Position numbers and translations under genes: made by a program | Origin: Bacteroidales bacterium | Lineage (GTDB): Bacteria > Bacteroidota > Bacteroidia > Bacteroidales > NBLH01 | Direction: 5' to 3' | NCBI GenBank assembly: GCA_029933755.1 | Contig: JAOZNO010000001.1 | Coordinates: 1 to 31,844 of the forward strand | DNA: 31,844 nucleotides | The notes under the pieces: model-generated | Database searches by the model: none | What the model saw: the letters and a program-made list of their open reading frames with translations, nothing else | What the model was told of the DNA's origin: nothing | Part shown: in pieces, positions 16,128-24,804 of the stretch | Layout of the letters: each line of letters starts with the position of its first letter | How positions within the stretch are numbered: the first letter of the stretch is position 1

Positions 16128-16417
16128 ATGGTGACTTTATACTGAAAATTACCTTATGGTCAAGCACCCACGAAAATGGTAGTAGAGCCATCTCTGTAAA
16201 TATAGATGTTTGTGATTTGCTTATATAGCTTAATCGTTTTTGTAAGCTCATAATTTAAATTGGCAATTTGTATTTCTTGGCAAATTCTTTGTTTAGACTT
16301 AAATGATTTATCTACTGATATATTTTTATATCCAAAAATGTAAAGTATATTTGTAATTTCAATAAGTATTTTTTTAGATTAATTAAATACTTTCTAAATT
16401 ATTTGCATTAAGATTCA

Positions 16418-18778
16418 ATGAAGATACGCGCAAAAATATTCTTATTTATTTTTATAACATCATTTATTGTTTTTGCTGTAGTTATTGGAGTAATTGTTTT
16501 CAGTTACAGAAATAATGCATTAAAAGAAGCAAATCGCTTGGCAGATTCTTTTGCTCTACAAGCTGCAAAATCAGTAAAGTCAACTCTGGAGAAAGATTTA
16601 GGTGTTACACAAACACTTGCCATGGCTTTTGACGGTTTTGATAAAATCCCAAATAAGATTAGGCAACCTATTTATGAGAATATAATTGGAAATATTTTGG
16701 AAGGACATCCAGAATATCTTGCTGTTTGGATGTCGTGGGAACTAAGATTTATTGACCCTCAATACACAAGGCCTTATGGCAGACAACGAACAGTTACTGT
16801 TTTGGAGTCAGGTAATTTACGTTTTATTGTTGATACGGTAGAAACTGATGGTGATGTGCTTGGGAGTATGTATCACGATCAAAAAATATCAATGAAGGAT
16901 TTGTTAACTAATCCATATTTCTATATTTATTCTCCGGAAGAAGGCGGAGACTCTATTCTTGAAACAAGTGTTGCAGCTTCAATAATGAAAGATGGAGAGT
17001 TTGTTGGATTAGCAGGAATTGATATTACGCTTTCACGTTTTCAGAATTTAACTGATCAGATAGAACCATTTGAGGGTAGTTTTGCATTTCTTTTAGCAAA
17101 TAATAGTACAATAATTTCCTTTCCGGACGAAAAAAATGTTGGAGATAGCCTAATTAAGGTTTTTCCCGAGTTTGAAAATCAGGGAGTTATTGAAAAAATA
17201 AGAGAGGGTAGAGTTTTTTCTTTTGAATATGAAGATAGTACGTCCTATTCCAGCTATGTTTCTTTTGCACCTATAAAAGTAGGAAACACGGGTACACCTT
17301 GGGCAATATGCCTTATTGCACCAACAAAAAAGGTTGAAGAAGAAGCGAATGCGAATTTTATAAAATCATTATTATTTGGTTTTAAAGGACTGTTTGGTTT
17401 CTCGCTAATTTCACTTTTTATTGCACAACGAATTACGCTTCCTTTAAAACAATCTACTTCAATTTTAAAAGATTTAGATAAAGGAATTATTGATTTTTCG
17501 AAAAAGGTAAGTGCTCGCTCTAAAGATGAATTGGCTGAAATGGCCAGATCTTTAAATCATCTAATGACTACATTAAATGAAACAGCTAACTTTGCAAAAA
17601 AGATAGGACAAGGGGATTTTTCTTCTAAATATGAGGCACTTAGTGAACATGATGTTTTAGGAAATGCCCTTATCGATATGAAAAATAACCTGCAAAATGC
17701 TCAGGAGCAGGAAGATATTAGAGATTTAGAGCGAAAAAAACTAAACTGGTCACAGGACGGCATTTCTGAGCTAGGTGAAGTATTAAGAAAAAGTTCTGAT
17801 AATTTTGAAGAATATTTATTTAATATTATTAGTAAAGTTGTAAGCTATCTGGGAGCTGAGCAGGGTGGAATATTTCTGCTGAATGATGAAGATTTGGAGA
17901 AACCATTCTTAGAATTACGTACAGCTTTTGCCTATGATCGGAAAAAAGTGCTTGAGGCAAAAATTGAGATTGGTGAAAGCCTTGTTGGAAGATGTTTTCA
18001 GGAACAAGAACTTATTCATTTAACAAACTTACCCGAAGGTTATACTTTTATAACATCAGGCTTAGGAGGGCATGATCCTAAGAGTCTTTTACTGTTACCT
18101 TTAATGTTTGAGGCAGAAACTTTTGGTGTTGTTGAAATTGCATCTTTACGTGTTTTTGCTGATTTTGAAATTGACTTTTTAACAAGTATTGGTGAGCGAA
18201 TTGCCTCATCAATTTCGGTGGCACATAAAAATTTAAGAACAAAAGATTTACTTGAAAAGTACCAAATCCAATCTGATGAAATTCAGGAAAGAGAACATGC
18301 AATACAGGAAAACCTAATTGAACTTCAAAAAGTACAGGAAGAAGCAGAAATTAAAGAAATGGAAACGGAAGGTGTTATTAGTGCATTAACCAAAATTGGC
18401 TCTGTAGTTTGGTATGATATGAATGGGGTCATTTTAAAGATAAAAGATCCTAATCTTTTTGATGCCGGACTCACTGAAAGTGATATGATTGGCAAAAATC
18501 AAAGTGAGTTTGCGCCCGAAGCAAAAGAAGATCCTGAAGCATATAAGAATTTCTGGGACGACCTGAGAGCCGGATTTTCAAGAAAGCGAATGTTTAAAAC
18601 CGAGTTGAATGGTGGAACTTTGTGGATATCAGAGATTTACACACCCATTAAAGATAATAAAGGGAATCCGTATAAAGTTATAAATATTGGCTTTAATATA
18701 TCTGGGCAAAAAGTGCTTGAAGGAAAAATTAAAGACTTACGAAAAGAAATTAAGGAATTAAAAGATCAACTTTCCTAA
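16418..18778 (+). CDS. Membrane sensor: TM-dCache-TM-HAMP-GAF-coiled coil-PAS, no output domain
   Basis: Two TM segments around a Cache-like region (NPYF..GLAGIDI), HAMP (KDELAEMARSLN), GAF (GESLVGRC..PKSLLLLPL..GVVEIAS), PAS (YTPIKD..KVINIG). No HisKA/HATPase, MCP or GGDEF motif seen. Confidence 0.85.
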   Translation: MKIRAKIFLFIFITSFIVFAVVIGVIVFSYRNNALKEANRLADSFALQAAKSVKSTLEKDLGVTQTLAMAFDGFDKIPNKIRQPIYENIIGNILEGHPEYLAVWMSWELRFIDPQYTRPYGRQRTVTVLESGNLRFIVDTVETDGDVLGSMYHDQKISMKDLLTNPYFYIYSPEEGGDSILETSVAASIMKDGEFVGLAGIDITLSRFQNLTDQIEPFEGSFAFLLANNSTIISFPDEKNVGDSLIKVFPEFENQGVIEKIREGRVFSFEYEDSTSYSSYVSFAPIKVGNTGTPWAICLIAPTKKVEEEANANFIKSLLFGFKGLFGFSLISLFIAQRITLPLKQSTSILKDLDKGIIDFSKKVSARSKDELAEMARSLNHLMTTLNETANFAKKIGQGDFSSKYEALSEHDVLGNALIDMKNNLQNAQEQEDIRDLERKKLNWSQDGISELGEVLRKSSDNFEEYLFNIISKVVSYLGAEQGGIFLLNDEDLEKPFLELRTAFAYDRKKVLEAKIEIGESLVGRCFQEQELIHLTNLPEGYTFITSGLGGHDPKSLLLLPLMFEAETFGVVEIASLRVFADFEIDFLTSIGERIASSISVAHKNLRTKDLLEKYQIQSDEIQEREHAIQENLIELQKVQEEAEIKEMETEGVISALTKIGSVVWYDMNGVILKIKDPNLFDAGLTESDMIGKNQSEFAPEAKEDPEAYKNFWDDLRAGFSRKRMFKTELNGGTLWISEIYTPIKDNKGNPYKVINIGFNISGQKVLEGKIKDLRKEIKELKDQLS

Positions 18779-18789
18779 ATTGCATTGTT

Positions 18790-18909
18790 GTGTCCACTCC
18801 GAAAAACCGCTAAGCGGATCCCCTATAAAATACAAAAAAGGGATCAGTCTGTATATCGGTTCTTTAAGAATCCATGGCTATGAAAGGATAATTTTAGTTT
18901 TCGGAGTAG
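18790..18909. mobile_element. MITE-like element
   Basis: Inverted repeat ACTCCGAAAA (18796-18805) / TTTTCGGAGT (18898-18907), flanked by a 10-bp direct repeat TTGCATTGTT (18780-18789 and 18910-18919). Confidence 0.65.
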
Positions 18910-18930
18910 TTGCATTGTTTTTTTTTACAT

Positions 18931-19893
18931 TCAAAAAACAGCTTTTGCAATTTTATAAATATTATCAGCTTTTCCCATAGAATAATAATGCACAGAAGGT
19001 ACATTGTTTTTTATAAGCTCTTTTGACTGTTCAATAGCCCATTCAACACCAAGCTGTCTGACATCTTCATTTGTTTTGCATTTACGTACTTCATTTGCCA
19101 ATTCTTCGGGAATGTCAATTTGAAATGTTGCTGGTAAAATGTTAAGGTGACGTTTTATTGAAATTGGCTTTATACCCGGTATTATTGGTACATTGATATC
19201 ATTTTGTCGGCAAAGATTAACAAAGTCAAAATATTTTTTATTATCAAAAAACATCTGCGTTACTATATATTCAGCACCTTCATCAATTTTCTTTTTTAAG
19301 TAAGATAAATCTGTTTGAATGTTCGGAGCTTCAAAATGCTTTTCAGGATATCCGGCAACACCAAAAGAAAAATCCATTTTTGTCGTATTTTCCAGTTCCT
19401 CATCTAAATAGGTACCATTATTCAACTTTTGAATTTGTTTTATTAATTCTAAAGCATGTGCATGGCCATCTTTTTCCGCTTTAAATTCTTTATCAGCAGA
19501 TAATGGATCACCTCTTAAAACTAATAAGTTTCTTATACCTAAAAAATGAAGGTCGATTAAAGCATTTTCAGTTTCCTCTTTTGAAAACCCTCCACAAATA
19601 ATATGTGGCACAACATTAACTTCTCTGTATTTGTATTTTATAGCTGCGGCAATGGCAACTGTTCCCGGACGTTTATGAACGGTTTTACGCTCAAGCAAAC
19701 CGGATTTATGCATTTTGTAAACAACCTCTTCCCTGTGGTAAGTAATATTTAAATACTTAGGTTTAAACTCCATCAGTGGATCTATAACGTCGTATATCAG
19801 GTTAATATCTTTTCCTTTTAATGGAGGTAATATTTCAAATGAGAATAAGGGTTTTTTTGATTTATTTATGTGGTCAATTACTTTATTTTGCAT
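18931..19893 (-). CDS. metF: 5,10-methylenetetrahydrofolate reductase
   Basis: FSFEILPP, LLVLRGD, VAGYPEKH, GAEYIVTQMFFD, PIIPGIKP, VHYYSM. ATG 19893 (MQNKVID) preferred over 19959. Confidence 0.95.
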   Translation of the reverse strand: MQNKVIDHINKSKKPLFSFEILPPLKGKDINLIYDVIDPLMEFKPKYLNITYHREEVVYKMHKSGLLERKTVHKRPGTVAIAAAIKYKYREVNVVPHIICGGFSKEETENALIDLHFLGIRNLLVLRGDPLSADKEFKAEKDGHAHALELIKQIQKLNNGTYLDEELENTTKMDFSFGVAGYPEKHFEAPNIQTDLSYLKKKIDEGAEYIVTQMFFDNKKYFDFVNLCRQNDINVPIIPGIKPISIKRHLNILPATFQIDIPEELANEVRKCKTNEDVRQLGVEWAIEQSKELIKNNVPSVHYYSMGKADNIYKIAKAVF

Positions 19894-20095
19894 ACTATAA
19901 ATGTTTTGAATGGGCAAATTTAACAAAAAGACTTTGTAATTGTACTTCTTAACCCGCATTATTTATGGATTTTTCTATACATGAACCTTTACATGCGAAG
20001 CATAATTATTGGGGTTAACAGCAATCATTTCGTAAAAACAACTTGATTAAATCCGAAATTTTCTATAAATTGCTATAAACTTTAAATAAAAACAG

Positions 20096-20452
20096 ATGAA
20101 ATTATTAAAAAAGATAATTATTGCAACAGGTGTTTTGTTTGGGCTTGCAGCCTCTTTGTCACTTTTTCAGCGCAAAACAATATTACTTACTGGCAGGGTT
20201 GATTACACCGGAAATAAAAAGAATGAAGATGCTAAAGAGCTCAAGTTAGAAAAAGAGCACAGTATTAGAAAAATAAGTGGGAATAACGAAGGTTTTATCC
20301 TTTATAAAAACAATGAAGAATTCCTAAAAAGTTCAGAAAGAAATCCGATATCAGTAGTTGGTACTCACCTTGGTAAAGGTATCTATAAAGTTGTTCCCGT
20401 AAATTCTGCTAAGCGACCGGCTGATATAGTTATTGAGCTGGTAGAATCTTGA
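20096..20452 (+). CDS. Hypothetical protein with N-terminal membrane anchor
   Basis: 118-aa ORF with hydrophobic IIIATGVLFGLAASLSLF. No family recognised. Confidence 0.6.
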   Translation: MKLLKKIIIATGVLFGLAASLSLFQRKTILLTGRVDYTGNKKNEDAKELKLEKEHSIRKISGNNEGFILYKNNEEFLKSSERNPISVVGTHLGKGIYKVVPVNSAKRPADIVIELVES

Positions 20453-20460
20453 TACAATTT

Positions 20461-20640
20461 TTATAAACCATATTCATTTCCATCCCATGCATATTTAGCA
20501 TTTTCAGTTAACATTGATTTAAGTGGTGACATTACATCGGCAAAGCAATATCCTGCCACCAGGGTTAACGAAACGGAAATTAGAGTAAGCCATCTTACTG
20601 CTTTTGAGTCTCTTAATGAGTTTTGTATTTGTTCAGTCAT
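20461..20640 (-). pseudogene. Truncated 5' fragment of a Bacteroidota MFS transporter
   Basis: Manual translation, 59 aa: MTEQIQNSLRDSKAVRWLTLISVSLTLVAGYCFADVMSPLKSMLTENAKYAWDGNEYGL*. Matches the LRDS..RW..L....GY...DV.SPL..EYG N-terminus I recognise in Bacteroidota MFS proteins, but stops after TM1. Confidence 0.75.
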
Positions 20641-20660
20641 AATTTTAGTAATTAATCATT

Positions 20661-20801
20661 GAGTCTGCTCCGAAAAGTCTAAAATACTCAAATTTATGTG
20701 TTTTAGTGTCGGCGTGAATCTGCTAATTATCTGATTACAAGATGATATTATTGTTTGATTTTTGCTGAAATACTCACACCGACACTTATCGGAGTGCCGT
20801 C
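20661..20801. mobile_element. MITE-like element
   Basis: Starts GAGTCTGCTCCGAAAAGT, ends ACTTATCGGAGTGCCGTC. Internal IR AGTGTCGGCGTGA (20705-20717) / TCACACCGACACT (20774-20786). 6-bp direct repeat ATCATT at 20655-20660 and 20802-20807. Confidence 0.7.
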
Positions 20802-20918
20802 ATCATTAAGTCATTGGTAATTTAAAATAGATGTTAATTACTATCAATGGCTCTGGTTTAAATGTCCTGTGGTTTTTTGATTTTATAACGTTTTGATTAT
20901 TTGTTTATCCGTTTATTT

Positions 20919-21080
20919 GGTGATTCTATGGTAAACGATAAATCTATTTTTGAAATAGGTGGAAAAAATAAGAAGCAAAGCCTGATAAAAGATACAAAAA
21001 CTGCCTTTATTGTTAAGGATAATATTAAATTAGGTGTTAATAATATAATTCCTTTATGGTTATTTGGCTTTTTGTACTAA
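20919..21080 (+). pseudogene. 3' remnant of an AAA-family ATPase gene (AAA_14/DUF4143-like)
   Basis: Manual translation GDSMVNDKSIFEIGGKNKKQSLIKDTKTAFIVKDNIKLGVNNIIPLWLFGFLY*, the characteristic FEIGGKNK..IPLWLFGFLY C-terminus. In-frame stop at 20886-20888 upstream. Confidence 0.8.
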
Positions 21081-21201
21081 TAAAAACAGCTTAAGATTAA
21101 AATAGTTTTATTGATATATGGTTTTCATTATCAGAAAAATATATATTTTTGGAGGTTGTAAGAAAATATATTTGACTATCAAATAATTAAAAAAATATTA
21201 T

Positions 21202-23418
21202 ATGCTTAAAATTTACCTTTTCAGAAATATTTTAATTGTCATTTTATTCTTATTTAGTTTTAACTCAATCATCTCTCAAAACATTAATCATTGGGAAATG
21301 GTTGTGGCAGCAGACGATTCCTGGCAATATTTTCTAGGCAATTCAGAACCACCTGTTGAGTGGACTGATGTTGCTTTTGATGCTTCTTCATGGTTAACAG
21401 GTACAGGTGGAATTGGTTATGGAGACGGTGATGATGGAACTATAATAAGCGCGGTCACTTCTGTCTATCTTCGAAGTAATTTCAATTTGATTGATACGTC
21501 GATTATTTCATGGGCTATTTTACATGTAGATTATGACGATGCTTTTGTTGCATATTTGAATGGACATGAGATTATTAGGGCAAATATTGGAACCGTAGAT
21601 GTTCGACCAAATTATTATTCATTAGCCAGTGAATTACATGAGGCTCAAATGTACACAGGTGGAATTCCTGAACGCTTTATTATCAATAAGGATACACTTA
21701 AAAAATATATGGTTGAAGGAATTAATGTTTTGGCTTTACAAGTACATAATTTTGAAGCAAACTCTTCTGACTTGTCATCCACAACCTTTTTCTCAGTGGG
21801 TATTGAAGATGCAAGTACACCATACAGAAATGTTCTGGCTTGGTTTAATGACCCAATGGATGAAAACTCAAATCTGCCAATTTTGCTTATTGATACATGG
21901 GGCCAAACCATTATTGATGAACCTAAAATTACATCATGGTTAAAAGTAATTGATAACGGACCGGGACAATTGAATAATTACTTCGATACGCCAACAGATT
22001 ATGATAGTTATATAGGAATTGAAATTCGTGGGCAATCATCTCAAATGTTTCCTAAAAAAAGCTTTTCAGTTGAAACTCGCGATGAGTTTGGTGATGGCAT
22101 TAATGTAAGTCTCCTTGGAATGCCGGAAGAAGAAGACTGGGTACTTTATGCACCTTATTCAGATAAAACCATGTTGCGAAATGCAATTACCTACCATTTG
22201 GGTAGAAAAATGGGTGACTGGCAGCCAAGATATAAGTTTTGTGAAGTATATTTAAATGGAAACTATCATGGTGTATACATGCTTATTGAAAAAATAAAAC
22301 GAGATGGAAACCGTGTGGATGTAAATAAACTAAAACCGGATGAAATTTCAGGTGATGATTTAACTGGTGGTTATATCCTTAAGGTTGATAAGATTTGGGA
22401 TCTAATGCCAAGTGAGTATTTTTACACACAACCTACTTATTCTTATAATAATGCAAGAAACTATGCTTTTACTTATGTATACCCCAAATTTGATGATATA
22501 GTAACGGAACAAAAATCTTACATTTACAATTATCTAAGAGATCTTGAAAATTCATTAAATGCAAATACATTTAAAGATCCTGATATTGGATTTAGAAAGT
22601 ATATGGATGTTAATTCATTTATAGATTTTCAAATAATTAATGAGTTGACAAATAATGTGGATGGTTATAGATACAGTACCTATTTTTATAAGAAAAAAGA
22701 TTCAAATGAAGGTAAATTATTTGCCGGTCCTTTATGGGATTTTAATCTCGGCTTTGGTAATGTAGATTATGCTCCTTCAAATTTGGCTACTGATGAATGG
22801 TTATATCCAAACTATGGACCCGATGAAAACTATCCAATGCATTGGTGGGCACGTTTGATGGAGGACAATGATTATCATAATGCCTTTGTAGACAGATGGG
22901 TCGAATTAAGAGCAGGCCCTTTTAAAACAGATTCAATTATGGCTTATTTAACAGATACCATTGATTATCTGGGTGGAGCTATAGACCGTAATTTTGATCG
23001 GTGGCCTGTTATTGGTGAGTATATCTGGCCAAACTATTTTGTGGGAAATTCTTATGGACAAGAAATAGATTTTTTAAAAACATGGATAACAAATCGTTTA
23101 GATTGGATGGATGCAAATATTTCACATGTAACAAGTATCCCGTTTGAAGTAGTCCAGAATAGTAACTTGTTAATATTCCCAAATCCCGTTAAGGAGAAAT
23201 TTACGATACAGCTTTTTATTCGTGACTTGAGTAAAATTGATATTGAAATTATTGATTTACAAGGGAAAAGTGTTTTTATTTCAAAATATTCACCTGTTTC
23301 ATCAGGGAGTCTAAGTTTTCAGGTAGGTATACCAAAACTAAAGAACGCTTATTATATTCTTAAGGTTCGACAAAAAGACCGAGTAATTGGGATGAAAAAA
23401 ATAGTAATAAACAATTAA
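21202..23418 (+). CDS. CotH-kinase-family protein with N-terminal beta-sandwich and C-terminal T9SS sorting domain
   Basis: Signal peptide, LHVDYDDAFVAYLNGHEI sandwich domain, IGIEIRGQSS..PKKSFSVE, EEDWVLYAPYSDKTMLRN, GPLWDFNLGFGN. C-terminal IFPNPVKE..YYILKV..KKIVIN. Confidence 0.9.
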   Translation: MLKIYLFRNILIVILFLFSFNSIISQNINHWEMVVAADDSWQYFLGNSEPPVEWTDVAFDASSWLTGTGGIGYGDGDDGTIISAVTSVYLRSNFNLIDTSIISWAILHVDYDDAFVAYLNGHEIIRANIGTVDVRPNYYSLASELHEAQMYTGGIPERFIINKDTLKKYMVEGINVLALQVHNFEANSSDLSSTTFFSVGIEDASTPYRNVLAWFNDPMDENSNLPILLIDTWGQTIIDEPKITSWLKVIDNGPGQLNNYFDTPTDYDSYIGIEIRGQSSQMFPKKSFSVETRDEFGDGINVSLLGMPEEEDWVLYAPYSDKTMLRNAITYHLGRKMGDWQPRYKFCEVYLNGNYHGVYMLIEKIKRDGNRVDVNKLKPDEISGDDLTGGYILKVDKIWDLMPSEYFYTQPTYSYNNARNYAFTYVYPKFDDIVTEQKSYIYNYLRDLENSLNANTFKDPDIGFRKYMDVNSFIDFQIINELTNNVDGYRYSTYFYKKKDSNEGKLFAGPLWDFNLGFGNVDYAPSNLATDEWLYPNYGPDENYPMHWWARLMEDNDYHNAFVDRWVELRAGPFKTDSIMAYLTDTIDYLGGAIDRNFDRWPVIGEYIWPNYFVGNSYGQEIDFLKTWITNRLDWMDANISHVTSIPFEVVQNSNLLIFPNPVKEKFTIQLFIRDLSKIDIEIIDLQGKSVFISKYSPVSSGSLSFQVGIPKLKNAYYILKVRQKDRVIGMKKIVINN

Positions 23419-23464
23419 TATACGAGGGAATTTGCTGAAACTAAGCTTCTTGTTTTATTTGTTT

Positions 23465-23548
23465 AAAATTGTCTTTATTGTTAAGGAGGATATTGAATTA
23501 GGTGTTAATAATGTAATTCCTTTATGGTTATTTGGGTTTTTGTACTAA
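23465..23548 (+). repeat. Second copy of the AAA-ATPase 3' end (direct repeat of 20997-21080)
   Basis: 84 nt with 77/84 identity to 20997-21080. Translates KIVFIVKEDIELGVNNVIPLWLFGFLY*. Confidence 0.9.
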
Positions 23549-23555
23549 ATTTCAT

Positions 23556-23590
23556 AAAAAATGAGTTATGAAATAAATTCATAACTCATT
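23556..23590 (-). terminator. Terminator of tRNA-Cys
   Basis: Perfect 13-bp stem AATGAGTTATGAA / TTCATAACTCATT with a U run on the minus strand. Confidence 0.75.
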
Positions 23591-23599
23591 GAGTATCAG

Positions 23600-23670
23600 A
23601 GGTCACGAGCGGATTCGAACCGCTGTAGCTGGTTTTGCAGACCAGAGCCTAGCCGCTCGGCCACGTGACC
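23600..23670 (-). tRNA. tRNA-Cys (GCA)
   Basis: Acceptor GGTCACG/CGTGACC, U73, anticodon arm CTGGT-CTGCAAA-ACCAG, T arm AGCGG-TTCGAAT-CCGCT. TAATTTTG -7 element at 23694-23687. Confidence 0.96.
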
Positions 23671-23942
23671 ATTATTTATTGGTCTGCAAAATTATAAATA
23701 ATCTCTGAATAATTCCATAATAACTTCATTTTTTATTCAATTTAATCTTAATTCCTTTGAAAAAGTATTTTGCGATACAATTTTTGAAACTAGGAAAACA
23801 ACTAAGGTCATAATTAAGGACATAGTAAGTAAATAAAGCAATATATAACATCGGTTGTTTTTTTTGAAAAACTTTAATTATGAGTTAAATTTGTATTAAC
23901 AAATAGCGATACATATTTATCTTAACTCTTAAATTTACAACT

Positions 23943-24671
23943 ATGAAAAAAGCACTTATTACTTTAATACTTTTGGTTGGATTTTTAAATCTTACAGCGC
24001 AAAATGCATCTGTTGCATGGTATAACTGGAGCAATCCGGAGACTTTTCTATTAAGTCCGCCACCCTTAATTACGGGTTGGGGCGTTTATAGTGATTCACT
24101 TTCTCACACTTTTAATGGAAAAATGTTTTATGAATTCAATGGGGAGTATTATCCAATTAGTAACTGGGCAGAATATTATTTATGGTTTGTTAATAAATAT
24201 TGGTATAATTTCACTGATCCACAATTGTATGAATACTACTACCTTCAAAATGACGATTATGAAATGGCACGTTATATTGCGGGAGACAATTATCAGGGGT
24301 ATTATTACCCTTCACGAATAAATATTACTTTTGTTGGTAAGGATGTTGATGTTAATAGACTGAATGCTAATAGCAAATATATAGCCTCAAATGACAAAAA
24401 AGTAAAAAAGCTTGAAAAGCAAGTCACGTTTTCAGAAGAACAGTATAAAAAGGAGCATGATATTAAGAAAAATGAACAAATTGGAAATAAAAATCAAGCT
24501 AAATTGCATAAAATTGAAACAAAAAATGAATTAAATAATAAGGAGTATAAACATAAAACAAATAACAACTCTTCAACTAATGGAAATTCTAGTGGAAACA
24601 CCATGAAATCAGAAGGTATACCATCATCAAACACACAAAAGAAATCATCGGGCAGCAAAACAATTAAGTAG
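23943..24671 (+). CDS. Secreted hypothetical protein, Tyr/Trp-rich core with low-complexity tail
   Basis: Sec signal (MKKALITLILLVGFLNLTAQ), aromatic-rich core, N/S/K-rich C-terminus. Confidence 0.75.
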   Translation: MKKALITLILLVGFLNLTAQNASVAWYNWSNPETFLLSPPPLITGWGVYSDSLSHTFNGKMFYEFNGEYYPISNWAEYYLWFVNKYWYNFTDPQLYEYYYLQNDDYEMARYIAGDNYQGYYYPSRINITFVGKDVDVNRLNANSKYIASNDKKVKKLEKQVTFSEEQYKKEHDIKKNEQIGNKNQAKLHKIETKNELNNKEYKHKTNNNSSTNGNSSGNTMKSEGIPSSNTQKKSSGSKTIK

Positions 24672-24695
24672 TAAATTTAAAAAAATAAATATGGG

Positions 24696-24728
24696 AAAAG
24701 TAGCATGGTAAACTATGCTACTTTTTTT
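24696..24728 (+). terminator. Rho-independent terminator
   Basis: AAAAGTAGCATGG-TAAA-CTATGCTACTTTTTTT. Confidence 0.8.
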
Positions 24729-24804
24729 ATTGATATTTACTTAATGTAAGATATACTACACAACAAACTTTTTATTATTATCTTTGAGTTTAAATAAATT
24801 CAAA

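Noticed and set aside
19960-20095. SAM riboswitch upstream of metF
   Set aside because: No SAM-I or SAM-II conserved core visible on the minus strand.
595-21137. Identical 16-mer TTTTCATTATCAGAAA at 595-610 and 21122-21137, faintly Fur-box-like
   Set aside because: A rough estimate gives about one exact 16-bp match by chance in 32 kb of AT-rich DNA. Only about 12-13 of 19 positions fit the Fur consensus, and the contexts are unrelated.
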